Origin: Octopus sinensis
Lineage: Eukaryota
Direction of reading: 5' to 3'
NCBI RefSeq assembly: GCF_006345805.1
Contig: NW_021826815.1
Span: 1 to 11,972, forward strand
Length of the DNA stretch: 11,972 nt
Both the position numbers and the translations under genes were made by a program. The notes below the pieces were generated by a model. That model was not told the DNA's origin. It searched no databases and saw nothing but the letters and a program-made list of their open reading frames with translations. The stretch's first letter is position 1. Each line of letters opens with the position of its first letter. Positions 1 through 7,919 of this stretch are shown here, in pieces.

Positions 1-92
1 AGTGTCTGCTCAAGGACACAATGTGTCGCCGGGAATTGAACTCACGACCTTACGATCGTGAACCGAATGCCCTAACCACTAAGCCATGCACC
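1..92 (-). mobile_element. tRNA-derived SINE head, family F4; continues beyond the left edge of the window
   Basis: Minus strand reads AGGTGCATGGCTTAGTGGTTAGGGCATTCGGTTCACGATCGTAAGGTCGTGAGTTCAATTCCCGGCG, with a Pol III A box (TGGCTTAGTGG) and B box (GAGTTCAATTCC). A homologous head occurs at ~2806-2850 (+). Confidence 0.85.
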
Positions 93-95
93 TTT

Positions 96-210
96 ACACA
101 CACACACACACCACACACACACCACACACACATATATATATGATATATATGTGCGTGTGTGTTTGTGTGTGTAATATATATATATATTATATATATATAT
201 CTATATATAT
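96..210. repeat. compound (CA)n/(TA)n/(GT)n microsatellite
   Basis: Visible directly in the sequence. Confidence 0.95.
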
Positions 211-257
211 AAACAATGATAAATATCAAAGTGAGTTATATACAGTAGCGGTAACAC

Positions 258-435
258 ATCGTGACGTATATTTGCCATTTCAATATGGCTACCCCTAAGG
301 GTGGATGCTACTGTAGTTTTTAGCCCCAGAAGGACACACTCCTCCAGCTGGCCATAGACACCACTTTCTGTGCCCCTGTCAGTAGCATCCACCCTTAGAG
401 GTAGCCATATTGAAATGGCAAATATACGTCACGAT
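258..435. mobile_element. MITE-like hairpin element with 56 bp terminal inverted repeats
   Basis: 258-313 (ATCGTGACGTATATTTGCCATTTCAATATGGCTACCCCTAAGGGTGGATGCTACTG) is the reverse complement of 380-435 with one mismatch. The spacer is 66 bp and the right end abuts (AT)n. Confidence 0.8.
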
Positions 436-461
436 ATATATATATATATATATATATATAA
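433..461. repeat. (AT)n microsatellite
   Basis: Visible directly in the sequence. Confidence 0.95.
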
Positions 462-1003
462 TAGTTTTCTCTTTTTATTTAAAATTCTTACATCAATGAT
501 TTTAATTTCTTGTTAATATTGATTTCTAGATATTGAAGATAGTCTATATGGACTACATGGTGTAAATGGAGTATGATGGATGTAAAGAAAACGTGTGCAA
601 AGTCGGGTGGGTCCGTATGAATTTGAAGTAGTACGCATCTGATTATAGTTAAGACGAGCAGAAGCCATCGTAGTAGAGGGAGAATAGACATCGGGAGGAG
701 ACAGGAAGTCTGTAAACCAGATGTTTTGGTTTGATCTCAAGAAGACCGTAATATACAGAAGCAATCATTAAGCAGACGATAGCGTCGATATACCACCGGG
801 TTTTCTGAGTTTTCTCACTTTTTTGGTCTCCAGATCAGACGTCGTAGGTATCATGATAGAAAAGTCATATGGCAACAAATATATACGATACAGCGGAAAT
901 ATATAATTTGATATGTATCAATCAGTCCTCAGCAGAGATTTCATTAACAAAATTTATTATGAATTAACTTAAATCATCTTCAATTAATATTATTATTCAT
1001 CAG

Positions 1004-1228
1004 AGGGCAGCGAGCTGGCATAGTCGTTACTGCACCGGAAGAATGCTTTGCGGTATTTCGTCCGCCGCTACGTTCTGAGTTCAAATTCCACCGAGGTCGA
1101 CTTTGCTTATCATCCTTTCGGAGTCGATAAAATAAGTACCAGTTGAGTATTGGGGGTCGACTTAATCGAGTTACACCCACCCCCGAAAATACTGGTCTTG
1201 TGCTAATATTTGAAACCAGTATCATTAT
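1004..1228 (+). mobile_element. tRNA-derived SINE, family F1, near full length
   Basis: Head GGCAGCGAGCTGGCATAGTCG, B box GAGTTCAAATTCC (1077-1089), body GAGGTCGACTTTGC..TCATCCTTTCGG.GTCGATAAAATAAGTACCAG and a tail ending TTTGAAACC..TATCATTAT. Homologous copies lie at 1281-1797 (-), 5555-5635 (-) and 7803-7919 (+). Confidence 0.85.
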
Positions 1229-1280
1229 ATGTCATCAAATATAGATATGTTCTTGAAAATATCTACCAGAAAATAAGTAC

Positions 1281-1797
1281 CAGTGCGTAACTGGTACTTA
1301 TTTAATCGACCCCGGAAGGATGAAAGGCAAAGTTGACCTTGGCGGAATTTGAACTCAGAACGTAACGGCAGACGAAATACCTATTTCGTTACTACACACA
1401 AGGGGCTAAACACAGAGGGGACAAACAAGGATAGACAAACGGATTAAGTCGATTATATCGAAACCCAGGGCCTAACTGGAACTTATTTAATCGTCCCTGA
1501 AACGATGAAAGGCAAAGTCGACCTCGGCGGAATTTGAATTCAGAACGTAGCGGCAGACGAAATACCTATTTCTTTACTGCCTACAAGGGGCTACACACAG
1601 AAGGGACAAACAAGGACAGACAAACGGATTAAGTCGATTATATCAGCCCTGGTACCTCAGTGGTACTTATTTAATCGACCCCGAAAGGATGATAGGCAAA
1701 GGCGACCTCGGCGGAATTTGAAAACAGAACGTAGCGGCAGACGAAATACCGCTAAACATTTCACCCGGCGTCTAACGTTTCTGCCAGCTCACCTCCT
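1281..1797 (-). mobile_element. F1 SINE multimer: one head plus about 2.5 tandem ~185 bp units
   Basis: GACGAAATAC recurs at 1371, 1556 and 1740 (periods 185 and 184). B-box positions are 1344, 1529 and 1713. A single head (GAGCTGGCAGAAACGTTAG on the minus strand) occupies ~1750-1797. Confidence 0.88.
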
Positions 1798-1983
1798 CAT
1801 AGCATTGTTCTTTTAGATGACAAAATGTACTGTAGGATAAATCTATAAAATTCAGCCGACACTTTGTGTGTAAATTAGAATTAAGCTCTGAACTGTCTTT
1901 TAGGGGTCTTTTTTCATGCAATCTTATCGTCAACGGAAAAAAAAATCAAGTGAACTCGTTTCATTGAAATATTGTCAACAACG

Positions 1984-2125
1984 GGCGCAGACGGGTTCAG
2001 TTCTACTGCGTGGCACCTTGAGCAAGTACCTCCTACTATAGCCTCGGGCCGACCAAAATCTTGTGAATGAATGTTGAAGATGGAAACTGTAAGAAGTGCG
2101 TCATTTATATATGTGTGTATGTGTA
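1984..2125 (+). mobile_element. degenerate F2 SINE, 5' half with an internal deletion
   Basis: GGCGCAG jumps straight to GGGTTCAGTTCTACTGCGTGGCACCTTGAGCAAGT...GGAAACTG.AAGAAG. It aligns to the full copy at 2343-2761 but lacks the A-box region. Confidence 0.75.
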
Positions 2126-2337
2126 TAGTAATCTCTCGACTATCGCGGGTGTTACGTTCCACCACCACCCCACCGCGATAGGTGAAAATCCGCGAAGTAG
2201 AAACACTACAGTACTGTATATATTTTTAAAATTATTTTTATAATTTGTGTATATTTTATCAAATGCAAAACAACACCACGGAGAAATGGACGTAATAAAC
2301 CGGGATATGTGAACCGCGATAAGGTGAGGGATTACTC
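2126..2337. mobile_element. Tc1/mariner (Tigger/pogo-like) MITE
   Basis: Imperfect ~24 bp TIRs: TAGTAATCTCTCGACTATCGCGG on the left, CCGCGATAAGGTGAGGGATTACTC on the right. TA flanks both sides (2124-2125, 2338-2339), the Tc1/mariner target duplication. The CAGTAATCCCTC-like terminus resembles Tigger/pogo elements. Confidence 0.7.
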
Positions 2338-2342
2338 TATGT

Positions 2343-2506
2343 AGGCGCAGGAGTGGCTGCGTGGTAAGTAGCTTGCTAACCAACCACATGGTTCTGGGTT
2401 CAGTTCCACTGCGTGGCATCTTGGGCAAGTCTCTTCTGCTATAGCCCCGGGCCGACCAATGCCTTGTGAGTGGATTCGGTAGACGGAAACTGAAAGAAGC
2501 CTGTCG

Positions 2507-2539
<33 letters not shown>

Positions 2540-2761
2540 TTGTGTGTCTGTGTTTGTTCCCCTAGCATCTATCTAGCTTGACACCGATGCTGGTGTGTTT
2601 ACGTCCCCGTTACTTAGCGGTTTGGCCAAAGAGACCGATAGAATAAGTACTGGGCTCACAAAGAATAAGACCCGGGGTCGATTTGCTCGACTAAAAGGCG
2701 GTGCTCCAGCATGGCCGCAGTCAAATGACTGAAACAAGTAAAAGAGTAAAAGAGTAAAGAG
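2343..2761 (+). mobile_element. tRNA-derived SINE, family F2, full length
   Basis: AGGCGCAGGAGTGGCTGCGTGG (A box) and GGGTTCAGTTCC (B box), an internal (TA)/(GT) tract, 3' GGTGCTCCAGCATGGCCGCAGTC and a (GAGTAAAA)-type tail. Possible TATGT target duplication at 2338-2342 and 2762-2766. The copy at 9135-9573 is its inverse. Confidence 0.92.
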
Positions 2762-2805
2762 TATGTGCGTTTGTGCAATCAATTAATCAGTCAATAAATA
2801 TACCA

Positions 2806-3056
2806 GGGTATTCGGCTCACAATCGTAAGGTTGTGAGTTCGATTTCTGGCAGCGCTCACGTTGCTCCATTTCACTCAGCTGGCAAAAGTAAGTTGTACCT
2901 GTATTTCAAAGGGCCAGCCTTGTCACACTCTGTGTCACGCTGAATCTCCCTGAGAACTACTTTGAGGCTACACGTATCTGTGGAGTGCTCAGCCACTTGC
3001 ACGTTAATTTCTCGAGCAGGCTGTTCCGTTGATCGAACCAACCGACGGAGTGCCAC
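2806..3056 (+). mobile_element. F4 SINE (5'-truncated, internally deleted head) carrying the same 3' body as F3
   Basis: GGGTATTCGGCTCACAATCGTAAGGTTGTGAGTTCGATTTC matches the head at 1-92. The body from GTTGTACCTGTATTTCAAAGGG to AACCGACGGAGTG matches 3329-3492 and 8606-8800. Confidence 0.85.
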
Positions 3057-3575
3057 TTTAAATAAATAAATCAAGACAATGATTTTCAACCATATTCTAT
3101 CTCTGCACTCCTTTCATTACTATCATATTCTGATAGATTGGAGGCGCAATGGCCCAGTGGTTAGGGCAGCGGACTCGCGGTCGTAGGATCGCGGTTTCGA
3201 TTCCCAGACCGGGCGTTGTGAGTGTTTATTGAGCGAAAACACCTAAAGCTCCACAAGGCTCCGGCAGGGATGGTGGTGATCCTTGCTGTACTCTTTCACC
3301 ACAACTTTCTCTCACTTACTTAGTTTCTGTTGTACCTGTATTTCAAAGGGCTGGCCTTGTCACTCTCTGTGTACGCTGAATCTCCCCGAGAACTACGTTA
3401 AGGGTACACGTGTCTGTGGAGTGCTCAGTCACTTGCACGTTAATTTCTTGAGCAGGCTGTTCCGTTGATCGAACCAACCGACGGAGTACCAGTTTAAATA
3501 AATAAATCAAGACAGTGATTTTCGACCATATTCTATCTCTGCACTCCTTTCATTACTATCATATTCTGATAGATT
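2995..3575 (+). repeat. 145 bp direct duplication (2995-3139 and 3431-3575)
   Basis: The two copies are offset by 436 bp with 5 mismatches by manual alignment. Each has 62 bp of SINE 3' end plus 83 bp of non-SINE flank. Confidence 0.92.
3140..3492 (+). mobile_element. tRNA-derived SINE, family F3, tail type 1
   Basis: GGAGGCGCAATGGCCCAGTGGTTAGG (A box) and GGTTTCGATTCCC (B box). The same head occurs at 6831 (+) and 8993 (-). Confidence 0.92.
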
Positions 3576-3735
3576 CTCACAGCCATTCGATATTTAAAAA
3601 CCCAGTTTTATAGCTACTTCTTTCAAAACTTCTATTTTGCTCTTCACCCGTTCACTTGCATAGGTTCGCAATAACATTCACTGAGAAAACATGTTTCGGC
3701 GACCGGAAACAGGTTGAATTAAGTAAAACATTACA

Positions 3736-3782
3736 GATAAAACTTAGATAAAACTTAGATATGTTTCGACCAAAGATTGGTC
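3736..3782 (-). mobile_element. isolated 3'-terminal fragment of the CR1/L2-group LINE
   Basis: 3751-3782 is identical over 32 nt to 7427-7458, the 3' end of the LINE. It includes the GACCAA-AGA-TTGGTC stem-loop and a tandem AGATAAAACTT x2 tail. Confidence 0.75.
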
Positions 3783-3796
3783 AAGGCCATGTCTAA

Positions 3797-4022
3797 CTCT
3801 AGAGCTCACCACAGTGAGCTCTGGTGGTGTCATAGCGCTCACTGTGGTGTCGTAGCCGTGGACAGTGAGCCCAATGGCGCCCAGAGTGAGCTCCGGTCGC
3901 CATAGCGCTCGCGCTGGGCGCCATTGGGCTCACTGTCCGCGGCTACGACAGTGAGCGCTATGGCGACCAGAGCTCGCTCTGGGCGCCATTGGGCTCACTG
4001 TCCACGGCTACGACACCACAGT
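3797..4022. repeat. GC-rich fold-back built from a 70 bp unit
   Basis: 3841-3910 is the reverse complement of 3953-4022 (68/70). The loop (3911-3952) is a partial further copy of the unit. A small hairpin AGAGCTCAC-CACA-GTGAGCTCT lies at 3801-3822. 3841-3900 is 39/60 G+C. Confidence 0.9.
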
Positions 4023-4030
4023 TTCACAAG

Positions 4031-4059
4031 AAGAAACTGATAGAATAAGTACCAGGCTT
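4031..4059 (+). mobile_element. short F2 SINE-like fragment
   Basis: AAGAAACTGATAGAATAAGTACCAGGCTT resembles AAGAGACCGATAGAATAAGTACTGGGCTC in the copy at 2343-2761. Confidence 0.4.
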
Positions 4060-4138
4060 ATCAAAATATAAAAAAAGCACTACACAGTGTCTCATATTTT
4101 TGTTTGCCTACTCAGTTGTATCTAGAAATTTATCTTTG

Positions 4139-4139
4139 T

Positions 4140-4181
<42 letters not shown>

Positions 4182-4260
4182 TCTATGTATGTGTATGCAT
4201 ACATATATATATATACATATATGTATACACACACACACACACCACACATATATATATAAC
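4139..4260. repeat. (GT)n followed by mixed (TA)/(CA) microsatellite
   Basis: Visible directly in the sequence. Confidence 0.95.
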
Positions 4261-4778
4261 ATAGTTCTTGAACCGGTACTTCAAGTAACGACTAAGGTAG
4301 GGTAACTGACTGCTTATTGTGATCATTCGTCTTTTGGTTTCCTGTAGCTTTGCTCTCTTTTACAAACCCAGTGAACATATATTTCTCATTTTAAAGAAAT
4401 TCAAACAATAGATATAAGACCCAAGTTAAAAAGATTCTCAACAATTCAACTTCTCTGGTTGACATTAAAATGCCCACCCCCAACAGGGGCCTTAACTCTC
4501 GCATTTTAAAGCTCCATGACCTTCATTTTTTAGGAGCAAAATCTTTTTAACAGGTTCAATAAGACTGGAATTTTGGAATATGCGCATAAAAATCAGTAGT
4601 ATGGGATACATGTGGCATGATTACAATTTTTTTAGGGTGTGTAAAGAGGGAAATAACCCTCATCTGCAATTTTGATAAAATCCGAAACATAGATATTCCA
4701 GTTCATTACAGAAAATATAACAGAAAAGTCTAATTCTTCAATTGAATGTAACCGGGCAATGCCGGGTATCTCTGCTAG

Positions 4779-4935
4779 TATATATATATATATATATATA
4801 TACTATCTCTTCTCTGTCTGTCTCTCTCCCTCTTTTGTTCTTCATCCTTTCTGGTTTTCTCTCTTACCCTTCCCTATTCTTCTCCTCTCCTCTTCACCGT
4901 TCCCTCTCTCTCACTCTCCCTCCTTGACTCTCTCG
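4779..4935. repeat. (TA)n followed by a CT-rich low-complexity polypyrimidine tract
   Basis: Visible directly: (TA)n to 4803, then ~130 bp that are mostly C/T. Confidence 0.9.
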
Positions 4936-5465
4936 TTGCTGACACGTGACGAAAGAGAATCTATCTTTCTGCTCACTACCTTCCTAAAGACAACACGTGC
5001 TTATACCTGTCTCCTCTCATAAGCTCATCTTCCTGGCGTTCATAATAATTTTCTATCGTCTTGGCTTTACAGCCCTCACCTTTTGTGTTTACTATCTTGC
5101 TCTCACTGTCCTGTTCTTGTTACCACTTTCACCCTCCGCAAAAAATCCCAAATTTTATTTAATTTGCTTTGCGGGAAGGACTGTTTCAACAAAGTCGCGT
5201 ATTGTCTGTCCTTGCCTTCGTACTGCGGAGTAGATGAAACAGGGACAACTGATGAAGAGTAATATTCTTTATGTTGTATGTCTCGTTTCTCTGTTTGTTT
5301 TTCTGTTGTTCGAAAAAAAGTTCGTTTTCTATGTTTTTGTTTTTATGTTTTCGTTTCTCATTGTGTTCAACGTTTTTTCGATGTCCTGTACCCATATATG
5401 CATGTATATATACATATATATGTAGGTATGTATATATATGTATGTATTAACGCATATAGTTATGT

Positions 5466-5509
5466 ATTATTTATATTATATTATATTATATTATATTATA
5501 TTATTTTAC

Positions 5510-5543
<34 letters not shown>
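5466..5543. repeat. (ATATT)n plus (TA)n microsatellite
   Basis: Visible directly in the sequence. Confidence 0.92.
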
Positions 5544-5545
<2 letters not shown>

Positions 5546-5554
5546 GGTTTATCC

Positions 5555-5635
5555 GAACTCAGAACATAAAGACGGACGAAATGTTGCTAAGCATTTTGTC
5601 TGGCATGTTAACGATTTTGCCAGCTCGCCATCTTA
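5555..5635 (-). mobile_element. F1 SINE head only (diverged, ends at the B box)
   Basis: Minus strand reads TAAGATGGCGAGCTGGCAAAATCGTTAACATGCCAGACAAAATGCTTAGCAACATTTCGTCCGTCTTTATGTTCTGAGTTC, collinear with the F1 heads at 1004 and 1797. Confidence 0.8.
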
Positions 5636-6627
5636 AATAGTAGAAACAATATTTAAAAAAAAGAACAAACGAATCTTCAAATTTAATCTGAAAGCAATTC
5701 ATGAAGAGATTATGTAAGACGTTTTATCCGTGCAGTATGAAAAGTAGAAGATTTATTTGTTTTGAATTTCAATGAAAAAATTTTGAAAACTAGATTTCTT
5801 ATTTCTCTTTCAGATACACTAACTCTATTTATTGCGGAAACGAAAACGAGAAGACAATTTATGCGTTCATTCATGCTCTCTCTTTAAAAAATAAATTTCT
5901 GTGCTACCCACCAGCTATAATCATCAGAATCTAGTTCCTTAATGGTTTCCCTGCCCGCCTAAAATCCCCCTCTGTCTTCCCCACCATTTCTCTTTCTTCG
6001 GCCGATTTTCTTTGATACATTATCTTCCTTCTATTAGACTAGGACGAGCTACACCAGCGACCGTCTGTTAAAATCCTTTCTTGTCATCCTGCTGTGTGGT
6101 CTATATGCAACAGACGACACCCACAGACGACCAAACTGGGTGGCCGCCACGTGTATACAGAAAGTCAAGCGATGCACACCTTACTTGAGTGGCACCAGTG
6201 CAGGATGGCTTCCGACTGAGATGATTCTAGCAGGAGGAATACTGTAAATATGAAGCAGCGGTATTCAAAAGTCGGTAAAACCTTCTCAGTCGCTGTTTTT
6301 GTTTTTACTGTCTCATTAATTGAGGTCCATTTAACCTTCACTTAACCAATACTAAACAACACAGTATGCAGTCCACCATATTGCTTGCTGGAACATTCTC
6401 AACAGACGACTGTTAAAATATTTCTGAGCCGTGTGTGCGTGCGTGCGTGCTTGTGTGATGGTGCGTGTGTGCGTGTGTGTGTGTATAAGGTTGCATACCT
6501 CTCTGTTCGTATATTTCAGTGTCTATATGGATGTCTGGAGAGATAGATGGATGTATACATGAATGTATATGACTGAACAATGTTGACGAATAAAACGCGG
6601 TTAGATTTAAGAGCCATTCATATGCAT

Positions 6628-6646
6628 ATCTATCTATCTATCTATC

Positions 6647-6691
<45 letters not shown>

Positions 6692-6720
6692 TTATCTGTC
6701 TGTCTGTCTGTCTGCCTGCC
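6628..6720. repeat. (TATC)n grading into (TGTC)n/(TGCC)n
   Basis: Visible directly in the sequence. Confidence 0.93.
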
Positions 6721-6774
6721 TCTCTCCCTCTGTCTTTCTGTATATATGTTTTCTAGTCATTATTTTAACATGGC

Positions 6775-6776
<2 letters not shown>

Positions 6777-6813
<37 letters not shown>

Positions 6814-6830
6814 CGTGTGTGTGTGTGTGT
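6777..6830. repeat. (GT)n microsatellite
   Basis: Visible directly in the sequence. Confidence 0.95.
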
Positions 6831-7127
6831 GGAGGCGCAATGGCCTAGTGGTTAGGGCAGCGGACTCGCGGTGGTAGGATCGCGGTTTCGATTCCCAGAC
6901 CGAGCGTTGTGAGTGTTTATTGAGCGAAAACACCTAAAAGCTCCACGAGGCTCCGGCAGGGCGTGGTGATCCCTGCTGTACTCTTTCACCACTCTTTCTC
7001 CCACTCTTTCTTCTGTTGGCCTGCTCGCTTAGCCAGCGGGGTGGCGTCGTTCGAAGGCTAAAACAATGCGAAAGCATTGTGACCAGCGATGTGTAAAAAC
7101 ATCTGATGGTCTGGTCGGTCACGTGAT

Positions 7128-7135
<8 letters not shown>
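6831..7135 (+). mobile_element. F3-headed SINE with an alternative 3' tail (tail type 2)
   Basis: The head matches 3140 up to CTGTACTCTTTCACCAC. It then continues with unrelated sequence (TGTTGGCCTGCTCGCTTAGCCAGCGGGG...GGTCGGT) and ends (CACGTGAT)x2 plus (AT)n. Confidence 0.88.
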
Positions 7136-7174
<39 letters not shown>

Positions 7175-7390
7175 GCATATATATTCTTTATTTGTGAATT
7201 AAGCTTAATTCGCAAATAAAGAAATTATCTACCACTGCGGTATTGAGCACTCATTCCAACGTTCTACATTTATTTGTGGTGTATATATATATATATATAT
7301 ATATATGTATGCATATGTATGTGTGTGTGTATATATGATATATATATATAAATATATATGTGTGAGTGTGTGTATATATATATATATGCC
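7135..7390. repeat. two AT-rich microsatellite clusters (7135-7180 and 7281-7390)
   Basis: Visible directly in the sequence. Confidence 0.85.
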
Positions 7391-7419
7391 ATAAAATTAC
7401 TATAATATATAATGATATA

Positions 7420-7800
7420 CTGAGATAAACTTAGATATGTTTCGACCAAAGATTGGTCTAAGTTAATAGCACCACCTGATAGGCTTATCTAAATCCTGTT
7501 TAAGTCAAGTTTTGTTTATGGTCCATTCAAGTAGTGAGTTTTTGTTGGGTGAGTTGTATCCAATTATGGGTGGCTTATCTGGTATTCTTTGAAGGATTCT
7601 ATCCAGACTCCGTTTAAAGTTAATGGGATCCTGTTCCTCTTTGATCTCTTTCGGGACAATGTTAAACAGGGCAGGGCTTGTTGAGGAAAAGAAATTATGT
7701 CGCAGTGTACCTATATGCTGTGATTCTGAATTGGGCAGGGGTCGTATGGCCCGTGGCCCCAGCCTTGGATGAACCTTGAAACGCATACTTACATAGCACA
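7420..7800 (-). mobile_element. 3' end of a CR1/L2-group LINE (ORF2 C-terminus and 3' UTR), 5'-truncated
   Basis: The minus frame ending at 7505 reads FKVHPRLGPRAIRPLP...TLRHNFFSSTSPALFNIVPKEIK...FKRSLDRILQRIPDKPPIIGY...NSLLEW. This matches the LFN.LP..I / FK..LD..L..IPD.P..GY..NSL motif at the C-terminus of invertebrate CR1/L2-group RT ORFs. A short 3' UTR ends in a stem-loop plus GGTCGAAAC. Confidence 0.82.
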
Positions 7801-7802
7801 AA

Positions 7803-7858
7803 CACAATCTACTCATCCTCTTCCTCGAAATTGCTGCCCTTGTGGCAAAATTTGAAAC

Positions 7859-7919
<61 letters not shown>
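7803..7919 (+). mobile_element. F1 SINE 3' fragment with an (ATT)20 tail
   Basis: CTCGAAATTGCTGCCCTTGTGGCAAAATTTGAAACTATTATT aligns with the 3' end of the F1 copy (CCCGAAAATACTGGTCTTGTGCTAATATTTGAAACCAGTATCATTAT, 1182-1228). (ATT)20 spans 7860-7919. Confidence 0.75.

Noticed and set aside
86-298. ORF 86-298 and similar ORFs (4742-5022, 5278-5640, 9286-9576, 10961-11461, 10999-11445, 11179-11463, 11220-11537)
   Set aside because: They are translations of microsatellites or low-complexity DNA (HT, YI, CV and MYVC repeats), not genes.
834-847. Micro-exon after TTTTTTGGTCTCCAG with donor GTAGGT (844) or GTATCA (848)
   Set aside because: It would be 10 or 14 nt, neither frame-preserving, and cannot be distinguished from chance without RNA data.
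1281-1797. CRISPR-like regular repeats
   Set aside because: The ~185 bp units are homologous throughout, with no unique spacers and no cas genes, in a eukaryotic SINE context.
3140-3215. tRNA genes at the SINE heads (also 1-92, 2343, 6831, 8993, 9573)
   Set aside because: A and B boxes are present, but I could not form a proper acceptor stem and each head continues into a SINE body.
2105-3468. ORFs overlapping SINE copies (also 6934-7215, 8658-8861, 9123-9476)
   Set aside because: They fall inside recognisable SINEs, and near-identical peptides recur wherever the SINE recurs.
3797-4022. Cloning vector or sequencing adapter contamination as the source of the GC-rich palindrome
   Set aside because: Despite many restriction-site hexamers it matches no polylinker or adapter I know, and its copies differ by point substitutions. 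This is not fully excluded without a UniVec search.
4440-4720. Possible DNA-transposon internal fragment
   Set aside because: No terminal inverted repeats, TSD, ORF or second copy could be found.
5249-5927. Hammerhead core CTGATGA at 5249-5255 (+) and 5921-5927 (-)
   Set aside because: No pairing stem II can be formed between CTGATGA and a downstream GAAA in either case.
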